Shown here: positions 16,680 through 26,184 of the stretch, in pieces | How the letters are laid out: the number at the start of each line of letters is the position of its first letter | How positions within the stretch are numbered: the first letter of the stretch is position 1 | Assembly (NCBI GenBank): GCA_048939625.1 | Contig: JBHLPH010000020.1 | Span: 1-32,845, forward strand | DNA from: Promethearchaeota archaeon | GTDB taxonomy: Archaea > Asgardarchaeota > Hermodarchaeia > Hermodarchaeales > Hermodarchaeaceae | DNA: 32,845 nt | Reading direction: 5' to 3' | Translations under genes and position numbers: made by a program | The notes under the pieces: model-generated | The model's database searches: none | The model's input: the letters and a program-made list of their open reading frames with translations, nothing else | Told to the model about the DNA's origin: nothing

Positions 16680-18594
16680 GGTGTATAAGGGTTATAGCGG
16701 GAAGATTCTTCGCGTTAATCTTACCAACCAGAAAGTCAGTATGGAACCGACATCAAAGGATCTAGCACGGCGTTTTATTGGGGGAACAGGGTATGCGAGT
16801 TATTTGCTGTATCATGAATTAGCCAAGGGTCTTGATCCCTTTAGCTCTGAGAATAAACTTATTTTCTGTACCGGTCCTGCGACGGGAACAGTGTGGCCAA
16901 CAGCGGGACGGATGGCGGTTGTGAGTAAATCCCCGCTTACTGGTATTTGGGCTGAAAGTCATGTGGGCGGGCATTTGGGTCCGGAACTAAAGTTTGCAGG
17001 CTATGACTTTGTAATCCTTGAGGGGGAGGCCAAACAGCGGACCGTGCTGTCAATTGTTGACGAAGAAATTCAGTTTCATTCGGGAGCCCCCTATTGGGGG
17101 CTTAAAACGCTAAAGGCTGCGCAATCGATGCGTCGCGATTTGGGGCAACAACATGGTCATGTCGCGGTTATTGGACCAGCAGGGGAAAACCTCGTTCGAT
17201 TTTCCTCGATTATGATTGATGGGGCACGAGCTGCCGGAAGAACTGGATTAGGAGCCGTGATGGGTCAAAAGAAACTAAAAGGCATATTGGTGCGGGGAAC
17301 AGGCAGCGTCACTGTCGCAGATCCTGAGCGATTCCAAAAGTTATGGCGTGATGGACATGAACGCGTGCAGACCAATCCTCAAGCGCTTGAAATGCGCAAG
17401 TATGGCACCGCAATATTGGTTGCAACCAAGCAGAGTATTGGTGAACTGCCTACATTTAACCATCGCGAAGGGGTGTACGAGGGATGGGACCGCATATCCG
17501 CTGAAACATTTCACGATCATTATTATCATACAACGCGGGCCTGTGGAACCTGTCGTCTAGCCTGTAAGAAAGCCTTCAAGGTCGACAAAGGCTCTCATAA
17601 GGGACTCATCACCGAAGGACCCGAATATGAGGGGATCATGGCGATGGGAAGTAATGTCGGAATCGATGATGTTCCCACAATCCTTGTTACCCAGCATCTT
17701 TGTAATGAATATGGGATGGATGTTATTAGTGCTGGCGCAACAGCTGCATTTCTAATGGAATTAGCAGAGAATGGATTGTTAACTGAAGAGGAACTTGCGA
17801 AGCTTGATCTTCGGTGGGGAAACACGGAAGCGCTAATTGCGCTAATACATGAAATTGCCCAACGTAAGGGACTTGGTGACCTGGCAGCAGAAGGAAGTCA
17901 TCGTATTGCTCTGCAGAAAGGTGAAACTGCACAACCCTTCGATATGACCGTAAAAGGGATGGAGATTTCGGGTCAAGACGGGAGAGCCCATCGATCTATG
18001 GCTTTAGGTCATGCTGTTGCCGCTCGAGGAGCAGATCACCTTCGGAACTTGGTCACCATGGATCAGTTAGCGTACAAGGATGTAGCTGCCGAAAGATTCG
18101 GTGAAGATAAACTTCCAGAAATCTGCGATCCCTATGTTGAAACGCATAAAGCTCTTGCAACAGTTGTAACCGAGAAAGTCTATACAATTCGGGATAGTTT
18201 GATTGTGTGCTGGTATACATGTTCATGGCCACCGATTTTTTGGGTTGAAGACTTTGCTCCTATGCTTGCGGCAGTCACAGGCGAGTCAGCTTTTGATAAT
18301 GTGGATGAATTAATGCGCATAGGGGCCCGGTTGGTTACCATGAAACGTGCTTTCAATGTTCGTGAAGGGATTCGACGAAGAGATGACCAATTACCTCGCC
18401 GTTTCACCGATGAACCGATTCCTAAAGGACCAAGTAAAGGGCAAACCGTGACGCTGGAGCCCATGCTTGATGAATACTATCAACTCTACGGTTGGGATGT
18501 CAAAACAGGAATTCCAACTGAAGCTACACTCCAGAAGCTGGGGCTGGATGAGATTGCCAAGGATCTGCGTTCGGAGGGAGTCTATTCTTCCTAG
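16672..18594 (+). CDS. aor: Tungsten-containing aldehyde:ferredoxin oxidoreductase family
   Basis: GYSGKILRVNLT, KSPLTG, AAGRTGLGAVMGQKKLK, CGTCRLAC, EGPEYE, RGADH, MLDEYYQLYGWD. Confidence 0.93.
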   Translation: MIRVYKGYSGKILRVNLTNQKVSMEPTSKDLARRFIGGTGYASYLLYHELAKGLDPFSSENKLIFCTGPATGTVWPTAGRMAVVSKSPLTGIWAESHVGGHLGPELKFAGYDFVILEGEAKQRTVLSIVDEEIQFHSGAPYWGLKTLKAAQSMRRDLGQQHGHVAVIGPAGENLVRFSSIMIDGARAAGRTGLGAVMGQKKLKGILVRGTGSVTVADPERFQKLWRDGHERVQTNPQALEMRKYGTAILVATKQSIGELPTFNHREGVYEGWDRISAETFHDHYYHTTRACGTCRLACKKAFKVDKGSHKGLITEGPEYEGIMAMGSNVGIDDVPTILVTQHLCNEYGMDVISAGATAAFLMELAENGLLTEEELAKLDLRWGNTEALIALIHEIAQRKGLGDLAAEGSHRIALQKGETAQPFDMTVKGMEISGQDGRAHRSMALGHAVAARGADHLRNLVTMDQLAYKDVAAERFGEDKLPEICDPYVETHKALATVVTEKVYTIRDSLIVCWYTCSWPPIFWVEDFAPMLAAVTGESAFDNVDELMRIGARLVTMKRAFNVREGIRRRDDQLPRRFTDEPIPKGPSKGQTVTLEPMLDEYYQLYGWDVKTGIPTEATLQKLGLDEIAKDLRSEGVYSS

Positions 18595-18617
18595 TTAAAC
18601 TTCAGGTGCGGAATGAT

Positions 18618-19829
18618 TTAGGTAATAACACCCATAAGGCGAGCCCTTAATTCTCCAATAAAAAGCCGAGAGAGGAGCCGAAGGGGATTTCGCTTCATAC
18701 GGTAATAATCAGTAAGCCCTCTAGCAATATCAAAAGCCAGTTGACCTGGCCACTTCATCAAGCGAGCAAGGCGGAATCCTCCATATAGGTGTGCGTGTAC
18801 TAATCGCATGATAAACCAGCTGCATTGAAGTTCCTTTCCAAACCGTTGAGTAACCCGTCGTTGATACTGAGTAGCAGCCTGAGTTAGTGAATGATTACCC
18901 TGAATGATATTAGTTGCTGTTTGAGCGCAAATGATTCCGCCTTCAAGTGCATAGCAAATTCCTTGTCCACTAAATACGTCAATAAATCCTGCTGCATCAC
19001 CTATGAGGAAAACGCGATGATTGGAAAGTGGAATTGGTGATTCAAATATGGGTAATTGATGGCCGCGTAGGCGTTTTAATTTGAAAAGAGGAAGCTGATG
19101 CCATGAACAAAACATCCGCGTTAGCCCTCTTAGTAAATTGGGAACATTGCCCAGCTCACTGGCAATTCCTCCAACACCGATGGACAGACTAGCTTTGCGT
19201 GGAAAGACCCAGAAATAGCCCTTTGGAATATTGAGGAGCCAAAGTACAAGTAGGGAAGGATCAAGAGTTTGATTCCAAATTTTTTTAGAGATTTGAACTT
19301 CTGTTTCAACTGCAATTCCTATTTCGTGTGCCTTCATGGGTTTACGAAGATTTGTAAGAAATCCAACACGAGATGTTGCCCCATCAGCTCCAATGACAAG
19401 TTTTCCTGTAAATTCTCCTTTATCAGTATGGCACTCTACGAAACCTTCATGCTGTTCAAGATTTGCTAGAGTACAATTTTGTGTAAAATCAGCGCCTGCT
19501 TTTACTGCCTGTTGGGCTAAGTAATAATCAAAGATTTCACGTTTCACAGTATAAGCAAAGAGGTCCCTTGAGCGATATTCGAAAGGCTTCATTTCAGGAC
19601 CCATAAATTGAAACCCAAAAATGGGTTGTTCAGTGAGAGAAGTTGGAACATGAATCCCTGCGAATTGGAGCGCCTTTAAGGAACGGATTGAGAGGGCACC
19701 ACCACATGGTTTGACTCGGGGAAACTGGGCCTTATCAACAAGAAGGGTGTGAAGACCAGCTTCTGCACATCTGTATGCAGTCATAGAGCCAGCAGGTCCT
19801 GCGCCAATGACGATGACATCATAATCCAT
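18618..19829 (-). CDS. Geranylgeranyl reductase-family FAD oxidoreductase
   Basis: VIGAGPAGS, KPCGG, IGADGATS, GYFWVFP, LIGDAAG and GQGICYA. Confidence 0.9.
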   Translation of the reverse strand: MDYDVIVIGAGPAGSMTAYRCAEAGLHTLLVDKAQFPRVKPCGGALSIRSLKALQFAGIHVPTSLTEQPIFGFQFMGPEMKPFEYRSRDLFAYTVKREIFDYYLAQQAVKAGADFTQNCTLANLEQHEGFVECHTDKGEFTGKLVIGADGATSRVGFLTNLRKPMKAHEIGIAVETEVQISKKIWNQTLDPSLLVLWLLNIPKGYFWVFPRKASLSIGVGGIASELGNVPNLLRGLTRMFCSWHQLPLFKLKRLRGHQLPIFESPIPLSNHRVFLIGDAAGFIDVFSGQGICYALEGGIICAQTATNIIQGNHSLTQAATQYQRRVTQRFGKELQCSWFIMRLVHAHLYGGFRLARLMKWPGQLAFDIARGLTDYYRMKRNPLRLLSRLFIGELRARLMGVIT

Positions 19830-19882
19830 CGTGCGGAACCCCAGATGGTTTGTATACTATGTAAATTACTCTTCAAATGCTT

Positions 19883-20964
19883 TCAGCTATAATGGTGATT
19901 GGGCCACGACTCAACGAATTTCTTTCCAAGTGCAGAGAGCCATCCGTCGATAACGAACCCCTTGTAACTGAGGATTCCTTTCCAATCATCAAGACTTACT
20001 AGAAGGGTTCGGTTTCTGATTTGATAAGGATGAATAGGCTTATTATCTAAGATCCGTTGAATATTAGTGCTGATGAGATTTGCGTGCTTTTCAGCGTTTT
20101 GTGCAGTTTTTTCTTCAGGAATAGCTGTTAAATCTCCGCCAACGAAGATGTTAGGAAACCCTTTCAGTTGGAGATAGCGATTGGTACGTAACGCATGGTT
20201 AGGACTAAACACCGTTGCTGGAAAGTCCTTCATAAATGATGGATTCCATTAAATACTAGCATTGCATATCCCAAGTTCAGCTGTGATTTGGCGTCCTGTG
20301 TCTGTTGAAAAGTAATTATTTTCGTGTCCAATGATTCGTTCACCCAAAATTAGTTTTACATTTTGCTGCTGGAGGTATTTTTCAGCACGTTTTGAGGCAC
20401 GGGGAGGAAGGCGATCAAGTAACCGGGGTTTTGAATGAACTTACACAATCTGCTTTTCTTTGATTTTCGATGCTAATTAGGCAGCGAGTTCAACTCCCGT
20501 CAATCCCATTCCAATAACGAGAAGGCTATCAACATCATCGAGATAACGTGCAATTTGGATAGCGTCTTGTGAGGATTTTGGTGTAAATACAGAATCCTTA
20601 TTTTTCAACAATATGGGATAATCAATACCTGTTGCGATGACAAGAAAATCAAAAGTGAAACTCTGTTTTCTGGCTACAACCATCTTAAGAGTGACTTTCA
20701 CAATTTCATCCGTAACGAGTTCCGTCTTACTTAGAAAGTTGGTGAATTGGTTTCTTACCCGAGTTACAAAAGATGTATCGGAAGGAATTTTGTAAATAGA
20801 TGGGTGTATTCAAAATAGGGCTTCCGATCGATCAGCACAATCGACAGGGCTGTATTATGTTCTAATTTCCTCGCAAGCTGAGTTCCACAAAAGCCTCCCC
20901 CTAATACGATTACACGAGAAGGGGCAGAAGAAGTGAATCTATGCTGTGAGATGGGAAATTCCGT
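19883..20964 (-). pseudogene. Decayed FAD/NAD(P)H pyridine nucleotide-disulfide oxidoreductase (NDH-2/AIFM2-FSP1-like)
   Basis: Hand reconstruction: RVIVLGGGFCG...LIDRKPYFEYT, a 1-nt frameshift at 20802-20804, FDFLVIATG, VIGMGLTGVELAA, in-frame TAA at 20477, 20441 and 20249, then NIFVGGD...EEKTAQNA. The likely start is ACG at 20964. Confidence 0.88.
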
Positions 20965-20973
20965 CCTATTTTG

Positions 20974-23001
20974 CTATTTAACTGGGGGGAGAACATTAGC
21001 GTAACCGTTCATAACTTCTATGCCATTCTGATTAATAACGGTGAAACTCAGACGGAGCAGGTTCTTCTCAGGGACTTTTTCTGTTGCCTCTACCACCGCG
21101 GTAATCTCATCACCAGGATACACTGGTGCTGTGAAATTCACCTTCATGTTATACGCTAGAGTACCTAACCCAGGTAATTTCATCCCAATGACTCGAGCCA
21201 CAAGGGCACCACCCACGGGACCATGAGCAATTCGGCGACCAAACATCGTTGTCGCAGCGTATTCGTCATCCATGTGCAGTGGATTATAATCCCCAGACAT
21301 TTTCGCATACCATTCAATATGTTCAGTTGTAACGCGCATAGAGCCTTCTGCTTTATCGCCCAATTGAATTTCATCTAAGCTCTTCCCCAATGCAAATTTC
21401 GAGCTGACTTCTTGGGGAGATTTCAGTGGAAGTGATGTCTCTTGAAGTGCTTTAGAGAGAATTTGGGGTGTAAATCGAAACATTCGAGCAAATTTCAGGA
21501 GTAGGTCCATGTCATCCGTATCAATTACAACCTTTTTTGTCATCATGGCTTGCATTGCATCCATTTGGCCAAGGAGAATACTTCGCCACGTGCTGGAATC
21601 TGTTTTCAAGGTCATGGTTGGCTTTTTGGTTTTTTTCTGTTCGATACTACATTGTTGATCCTGAATTGATAGTAACCAGGGACTTTCATCGGAAAACAGA
21701 AATTGAATCTTGGCGGAGACCCCCTGGGCGCGGTCAGGGCGAAAACCATTGGGGATAGCAGACATGAATGTGTCAAAGGTCAGTGATTCGATTTCAGGTA
21801 AAGCCGCTTCCTGAGCTTTTTCGCGTTTTTGCTCAATGAATACTTCACGTTGAATCAGAAACCGCATTATCTCTGATGTTCCACCACCAACGGTTCCTAA
21901 CCTTGCATCTCGATAGTATTGTTCGAGAGGAAAATAATCCTTGACATAGCCAGCGCCTCCACATATTTGCATGGCAAGGTCACAAACTTCAACCGCGGCT
22001 TCAGTAGCATGTAGTTTTGCCATTGTCGCCTCTTTCGTACAAGGAAGCCCCTTATCGATCAATCTACCCGCAGAGACGGTTAGGAGCCGTGACGCTCGCA
22101 TCTTCAATGCCATGTCTGCTATCTTGAATGAAATGCCTTCAAATCGGGAGATAGGTTGGTCAAATTGGATGCGTTCTTGGGAGTATTCTATTGCGATTTT
22201 AAAGGGCGTCCTCATACATCCAAGTGCTTCAGCAGCAATCCCCACACGTTCCGAATCCAATTCATCCATTAGGATTAGAAAGCCTTGATTGATCTTCCCA
22301 AGCAGATTGTCTTTGGGAAGTTTCATGTTGTTAAATTTGATATGAGAAACAAAGACCCCTTCCCGTCCCATTAGGGTGAAGTCCCGTTCTACTGAAAAGC
22401 CCTTCCATTTTGTTTCAACAATGAAAGCAGACATACCGCTTTTACTGTCAACAGTTGGGTCAGTTATGGCAAAGACAACGATTTGATCGGCAATGCTGCC
22501 ATTGGTGATGTAGCGTTTCTCTCCGTTAAGAATCCAGCATTGATCTTTTTCGTTCCATTCCACCTTTGTCTCCATGCCTGCAGTGTCGCTACCTACAGCC
22601 GGTTCTGTGATAGCCAGAGCTCCGATTTTTCCCCCTTTCGCTAATGGAACTAGATACTTTTGCTTTTGTTCCTCGGTCCCAAATCGGAGAATCGGAATGG
22701 CACTCAGAGTGCAGCTAGCCCCGAACATCATTGTGGCGGAAGGAGAGACCACAGAAAGTTCTTCGCCAGCAATTAGTTGGTGCATAAACGGCTTATCGGA
22801 TCCACCGTACTCCTTAGGAATCAACAGTCCAGATAAACCAGCATCAGCAAGTTTCTTGAAGAACATTCGGTAATCGTACTCTCGCGCTTCAATTTGTGTG
22901 CGTATAGGTTTGATTTCCTGTTCAACAAACTCGCGAATCTGCTTGCGAAACGCTAATTCATCCGAAGTATAAAGGAGAGTATCATCGTTGATTTGGGTCA
23001 T
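20974..23001 (-). CDS. Acyl-CoA dehydrogenase - SCP2 lipid-carrier - MaoC (R)-hydratase fusion
   Basis: ACAD: LAITEPAVGSD, GEKRYITNG, QICGGAGY, GGGTSEIMR. SCP2-like middle: FRPDRAQG...DAMQAMMTKKVVI. MaoC: SGDYNPLHMD, IAHG, FTAPVYPGD. Confidence 0.9.
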   Translation of the reverse strand: MTQINDDTLLYTSDELAFRKQIREFVEQEIKPIRTQIEAREYDYRMFFKKLADAGLSGLLIPKEYGGSDKPFMHQLIAGEELSVVSPSATMMFGASCTLSAIPILRFGTEEQKQKYLVPLAKGGKIGALAITEPAVGSDTAGMETKVEWNEKDQCWILNGEKRYITNGSIADQIVVFAITDPTVDSKSGMSAFIVETKWKGFSVERDFTLMGREGVFVSHIKFNNMKLPKDNLLGKINQGFLILMDELDSERVGIAAEALGCMRTPFKIAIEYSQERIQFDQPISRFEGISFKIADMALKMRASRLLTVSAGRLIDKGLPCTKEATMAKLHATEAAVEVCDLAMQICGGAGYVKDYFPLEQYYRDARLGTVGGGTSEIMRFLIQREVFIEQKREKAQEAALPEIESLTFDTFMSAIPNGFRPDRAQGVSAKIQFLFSDESPWLLSIQDQQCSIEQKKTKKPTMTLKTDSSTWRSILLGQMDAMQAMMTKKVVIDTDDMDLLLKFARMFRFTPQILSKALQETSLPLKSPQEVSSKFALGKSLDEIQLGDKAEGSMRVTTEHIEWYAKMSGDYNPLHMDDEYAATTMFGRRIAHGPVGGALVARVIGMKLPGLGTLAYNMKVNFTAPVYPGDEITAVVEATEKVPEKNLLRLSFTVINQNGIEVMNGYANVLPPVK

Positions 23002-23154
23002 GACGGAGTTTCCCACCTGTTATGATAGGGAAAGAAGGGTAATCTTTAGGATTAATCTTGTTCCATGAATTTTGTTTAAGTGATACGAATAAGAGTAAGT
23101 AACATATGGAGCATCCCTGATGTCTAAAATTATCGATTTACAACAGGAAGATGT

Positions 23155-24819
23155 GTGAATATGCGATTCTTTGGGCACCTTATAAAGGGTGAAGTCACTG
23201 GCCCTGAAACCGGAATGGTAGGCAGTTTTCCAGATATGAATAAAGTGATTGAAGATCCACGTGTTTTATTTGCCATGGTATTGCGAAGCCAGGGCTCTTT
23301 GAGCCGGTTTGCTGCGCGCTATTTCAGTGGTCTCCTTCCGGAAAAGGTACCAGAGGTACGAATGTTGAAAGATTACATTCGAGTGCACGGTTATCCGCGT
23401 GCTTCAAAAGAGGAAATTGACGAAATTCAATTCGCAACATATGCCTTGGGTGGGGTTACTGAAACTGCAAAAGCCTGTGAGGAAGCCGCAAAAATTCGAC
23501 ACCGAATGCACCGGGAAGCATTTGAAAAGGGTAAGGGACTCACTCTTGAGCAACGCGCCGAAAGCCTTCTGAAGATGCAGGATTTTCTTTGGGACCATTA
23601 TGAGGCGTTTAAAGCGATTAGCCTAGCAGAGGGAACACCGGTCAAGCTCTTTGAGTGGCAGACAAAAGGCGTGTTTAACACCCTTTATCAGGAACACATT
23701 GATTTTGCCAGCTCAAAAATTGCACCCAAAGAGATACCTTGTGCTACTAAAGGAGAAAGAACTATTATCTCCCGGTATCCGTTTGGAGCTGTTGGCCTTT
23801 TTCCTCCCTATAATGCCGCCATTGGATTAGGGGGCATGGCAATCATCTCTTCGTATTGGGCAGGGAATGCAACCGTCATTCGCACCCCATCAAAAATGCC
23901 TCTCACGAATATGGAACTGTCCTATGTTCTCCGAGATCTTATGGAAGAACTGGACTTTCCATTGAGCGCCTTTCAGGCAGTGATTGGTCCCGCTCAAGCA
24001 ATTGCTCAGTATATGGTGAAAGAAGCACCATTGAACGCCATGGTATATTATGGAGATTCAGACATCGGACTTCAACTGATGGCACAAGCAGTTCGACGAG
24101 GGCTCCATTTCATACCTGAGCTAGCGGGAAGCGGAGCAAGTCTTGTTTGGAAGGATGTTGATATTGACAAAACAGCCGATTTCATCATACACGCCAGATT
24201 CTTTGGGTCAGGTCAAATTTGCCTGGCTGCAAAACGCCTGTTTCTCCATGAAGACATACACGATGCCTTTATTGACACGCTAGTAGAAAAGAGTCATCAA
24301 TTAAAAGCTGGGCTTCCAGAAAAAGCTGATACAGATTTACCGATTGTTGGGACGCGCCCCCTGTATCAGGTCATTGATATGATCCAAGAAGCCCTGAAAA
24401 AGGGTGCTAAATTACATTCGGGGGGTTATCGAATAAATGTCGATGGAGAAAAGGATGAAGCAGGACTATTCTATAAACCAACGATTCTGAGTAATGTGCC
24501 TTTGGATTGTCAAATGTGGTATCATGAAACCTTTGGTCCCGTTCTTCCAATCATGAAAATAAGCAGCATTGAACAAGCGATAACTCAGGCCAATAACACC
24601 CCCTATGGACTACGCACTTCGGTATACACGAACACCGAAGATGTTTGGCAACAATTCTATGATAAGATTGAGGCTCCTGGTGTCGCGATAAACACTGATC
24701 ACCTACATTTTGATGATTATTATCCCCATTTAGGCGGGCTCAAGACTAGCGGGGTGTTTGGAGGCAAATACTTCTATGAAGTGTTAACCTACATGAAATA
24801 CCGCCACTTTCCAGCATGA
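23155..24819 (+). CDS. Divergent aldehyde dehydrogenase-family protein
   Basis: RYPFGAVG, ELAGSG, GQIC (catalytic Cys), ETFGPV and ANNTPYGL; atypical N-terminus. Confidence 0.85.
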   Translation: MNMRFFGHLIKGEVTGPETGMVGSFPDMNKVIEDPRVLFAMVLRSQGSLSRFAARYFSGLLPEKVPEVRMLKDYIRVHGYPRASKEEIDEIQFATYALGGVTETAKACEEAAKIRHRMHREAFEKGKGLTLEQRAESLLKMQDFLWDHYEAFKAISLAEGTPVKLFEWQTKGVFNTLYQEHIDFASSKIAPKEIPCATKGERTIISRYPFGAVGLFPPYNAAIGLGGMAIISSYWAGNATVIRTPSKMPLTNMELSYVLRDLMEELDFPLSAFQAVIGPAQAIAQYMVKEAPLNAMVYYGDSDIGLQLMAQAVRRGLHFIPELAGSGASLVWKDVDIDKTADFIIHARFFGSGQICLAAKRLFLHEDIHDAFIDTLVEKSHQLKAGLPEKADTDLPIVGTRPLYQVIDMIQEALKKGAKLHSGGYRINVDGEKDEAGLFYKPTILSNVPLDCQMWYHETFGPVLPIMKISSIEQAITQANNTPYGLRTSVYTNTEDVWQQFYDKIEAPGVAINTDHLHFDDYYPHLGGLKTSGVFGGKYFYEVLTYMKYRHFPA

Positions 24820-24900
24820 CCAATTGCATCAATGTCATGTGAAAGGCTTTTAACCTAAAACGTGATGCAAAGGCACAAAGTTACTAGGTGCTAGGCAAGC

Positions 24901-26064
24901 ATGTATGATGAAGAGCTTACTAACTTGATGATTCCTGGACCTGTACCAGTTCACCCGCGTGTTTATCGGGCCATGTCCCGAGTATTATATGGTCACCGAA
25001 CACCCGAATATCAGAACACCTACAAAGAAACTGTGGCACTCCTACAGCGTTTATTACAAACTGAACAGGACGTTCTAATTTTTGCAGGTTCGGGAACAGC
25101 CGCTATGGAAGCAGCCATTGCAAATACTTTGGAACCTGGTGAAAAAGTCCTTAATCTCGTCAATGGTAAATTTAGTGAACGCTGGGGTGAATTGACAACT
25201 GCATTTGGTGGTAAACCTGTTACCCAGGAATATACCTACGGTCAAGCCGTGGACCCTGAAAGGGTTCGTGACGCACTAGCCAATGATGCTTCAATTCGGA
25301 TTGTGACACTGTGCCATAATGAAACTTCCACCGGTGTATTGAATCCAGCAAAGGAAATTGGACAAATCGTTCGCGACTATGATCGGCTCTTCATTGTTGA
25401 TGGCATTACATCCGTGGGAGGAGATTATGTCTTTCCAGACAAATGGAATTTTGATATGCTTGTGACTGGAAGCCAAAAATGCCTTGGTGTCCCTCCTGGT
25501 TTAGCCGCGATCTGGGTGGGAAAACGTGCTTGGCGTAAAATCGAGGCGCGCAAATCACCAAGTCCCACATTCTATCTAAATCTGATGAAAGCGAAGAAAC
25601 GATTTGATGGCTTTGGTGACTCTCCCTTCACATCTGCTGTTAGCTTAATGTATGGTCTCCATGAATCTCTTTCCATTATGTTTGAGGAAGGATTTGAAAA
25701 TCGAGTTGAGCGTCACCACAGACTGGGACGAATAACACGTGCAGGATATCTAGGGATTGGGTTGGACTTGTTAGCTGATGCCGCCCATTATTCGAATACC
25801 GTAACAGCCGTGAAATACCCTTCGGGAATAACTGATAAGGAATTTCGAAAACAAGTACAAAACCTTGGTATCCTTATAGCGGGTGGACAAGGACCAGTAA
25901 AAGGGAAAATCTGGCGGACTAATCACATGAATATTTGTACCGAACGTGATGTCCTAGCGACTTTAGCCATCATCGAAATTGTCCTCAAACGGATGGGCTT
26001 CGAATTTCCGCTCGGATCGGGGATACTAGCGGCTGAAGAACAAGTCCTTAAAGAAAAAATCTAA
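24901..26064 (+). CDS. Class V PLP aminotransferase (alanine-glyoxylate/serine-pyruvate family)
   Basis: MIPGPV, GSGTAAMEAA, HNETSTGV, VDGITSVGG and GSQKCLGVPPG. Confidence 0.93.
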   Translation: MYDEELTNLMIPGPVPVHPRVYRAMSRVLYGHRTPEYQNTYKETVALLQRLLQTEQDVLIFAGSGTAAMEAAIANTLEPGEKVLNLVNGKFSERWGELTTAFGGKPVTQEYTYGQAVDPERVRDALANDASIRIVTLCHNETSTGVLNPAKEIGQIVRDYDRLFIVDGITSVGGDYVFPDKWNFDMLVTGSQKCLGVPPGLAAIWVGKRAWRKIEARKSPSPTFYLNLMKAKKRFDGFGDSPFTSAVSLMYGLHESLSIMFEEGFENRVERHHRLGRITRAGYLGIGLDLLADAAHYSNTVTAVKYPSGITDKEFRKQVQNLGILIAGGQGPVKGKIWRTNHMNICTERDVLATLAIIEIVLKRMGFEFPLGSGILAAEEQVLKEKI

Positions 26065-26065
26065 C

Positions 26066-26115
26066 TGTGTTCTCTTTTAGGCGCGTCACCCTTATAGCGG
26101 GTGAAGAGAATCACA
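26066..26115. promoter_or_regulatory. Interrupted inverted repeat around a TTATA box, upstream of the giant TrmB-like gene
   Basis: tgtg-ttctct...tcaccc-TTATAGC-gggtga-agagaa-t-caca. Confidence 0.45.
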
Positions 26116-26184
26116 TAATGTCGCAGAAGAAAATCGCAATGAGAGCCTACGCTAGTTACCTGAAAGAAAAAAAAGTGAAAAAAA

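Noticed and set aside
20249-20479. Stop-codon readthrough or an alternative genetic code in the flavoprotein gene
   Set aside because: The stops fall at positions expected to hold different residues, a frameshift is also present, and TAA terminates intact genes in this window.
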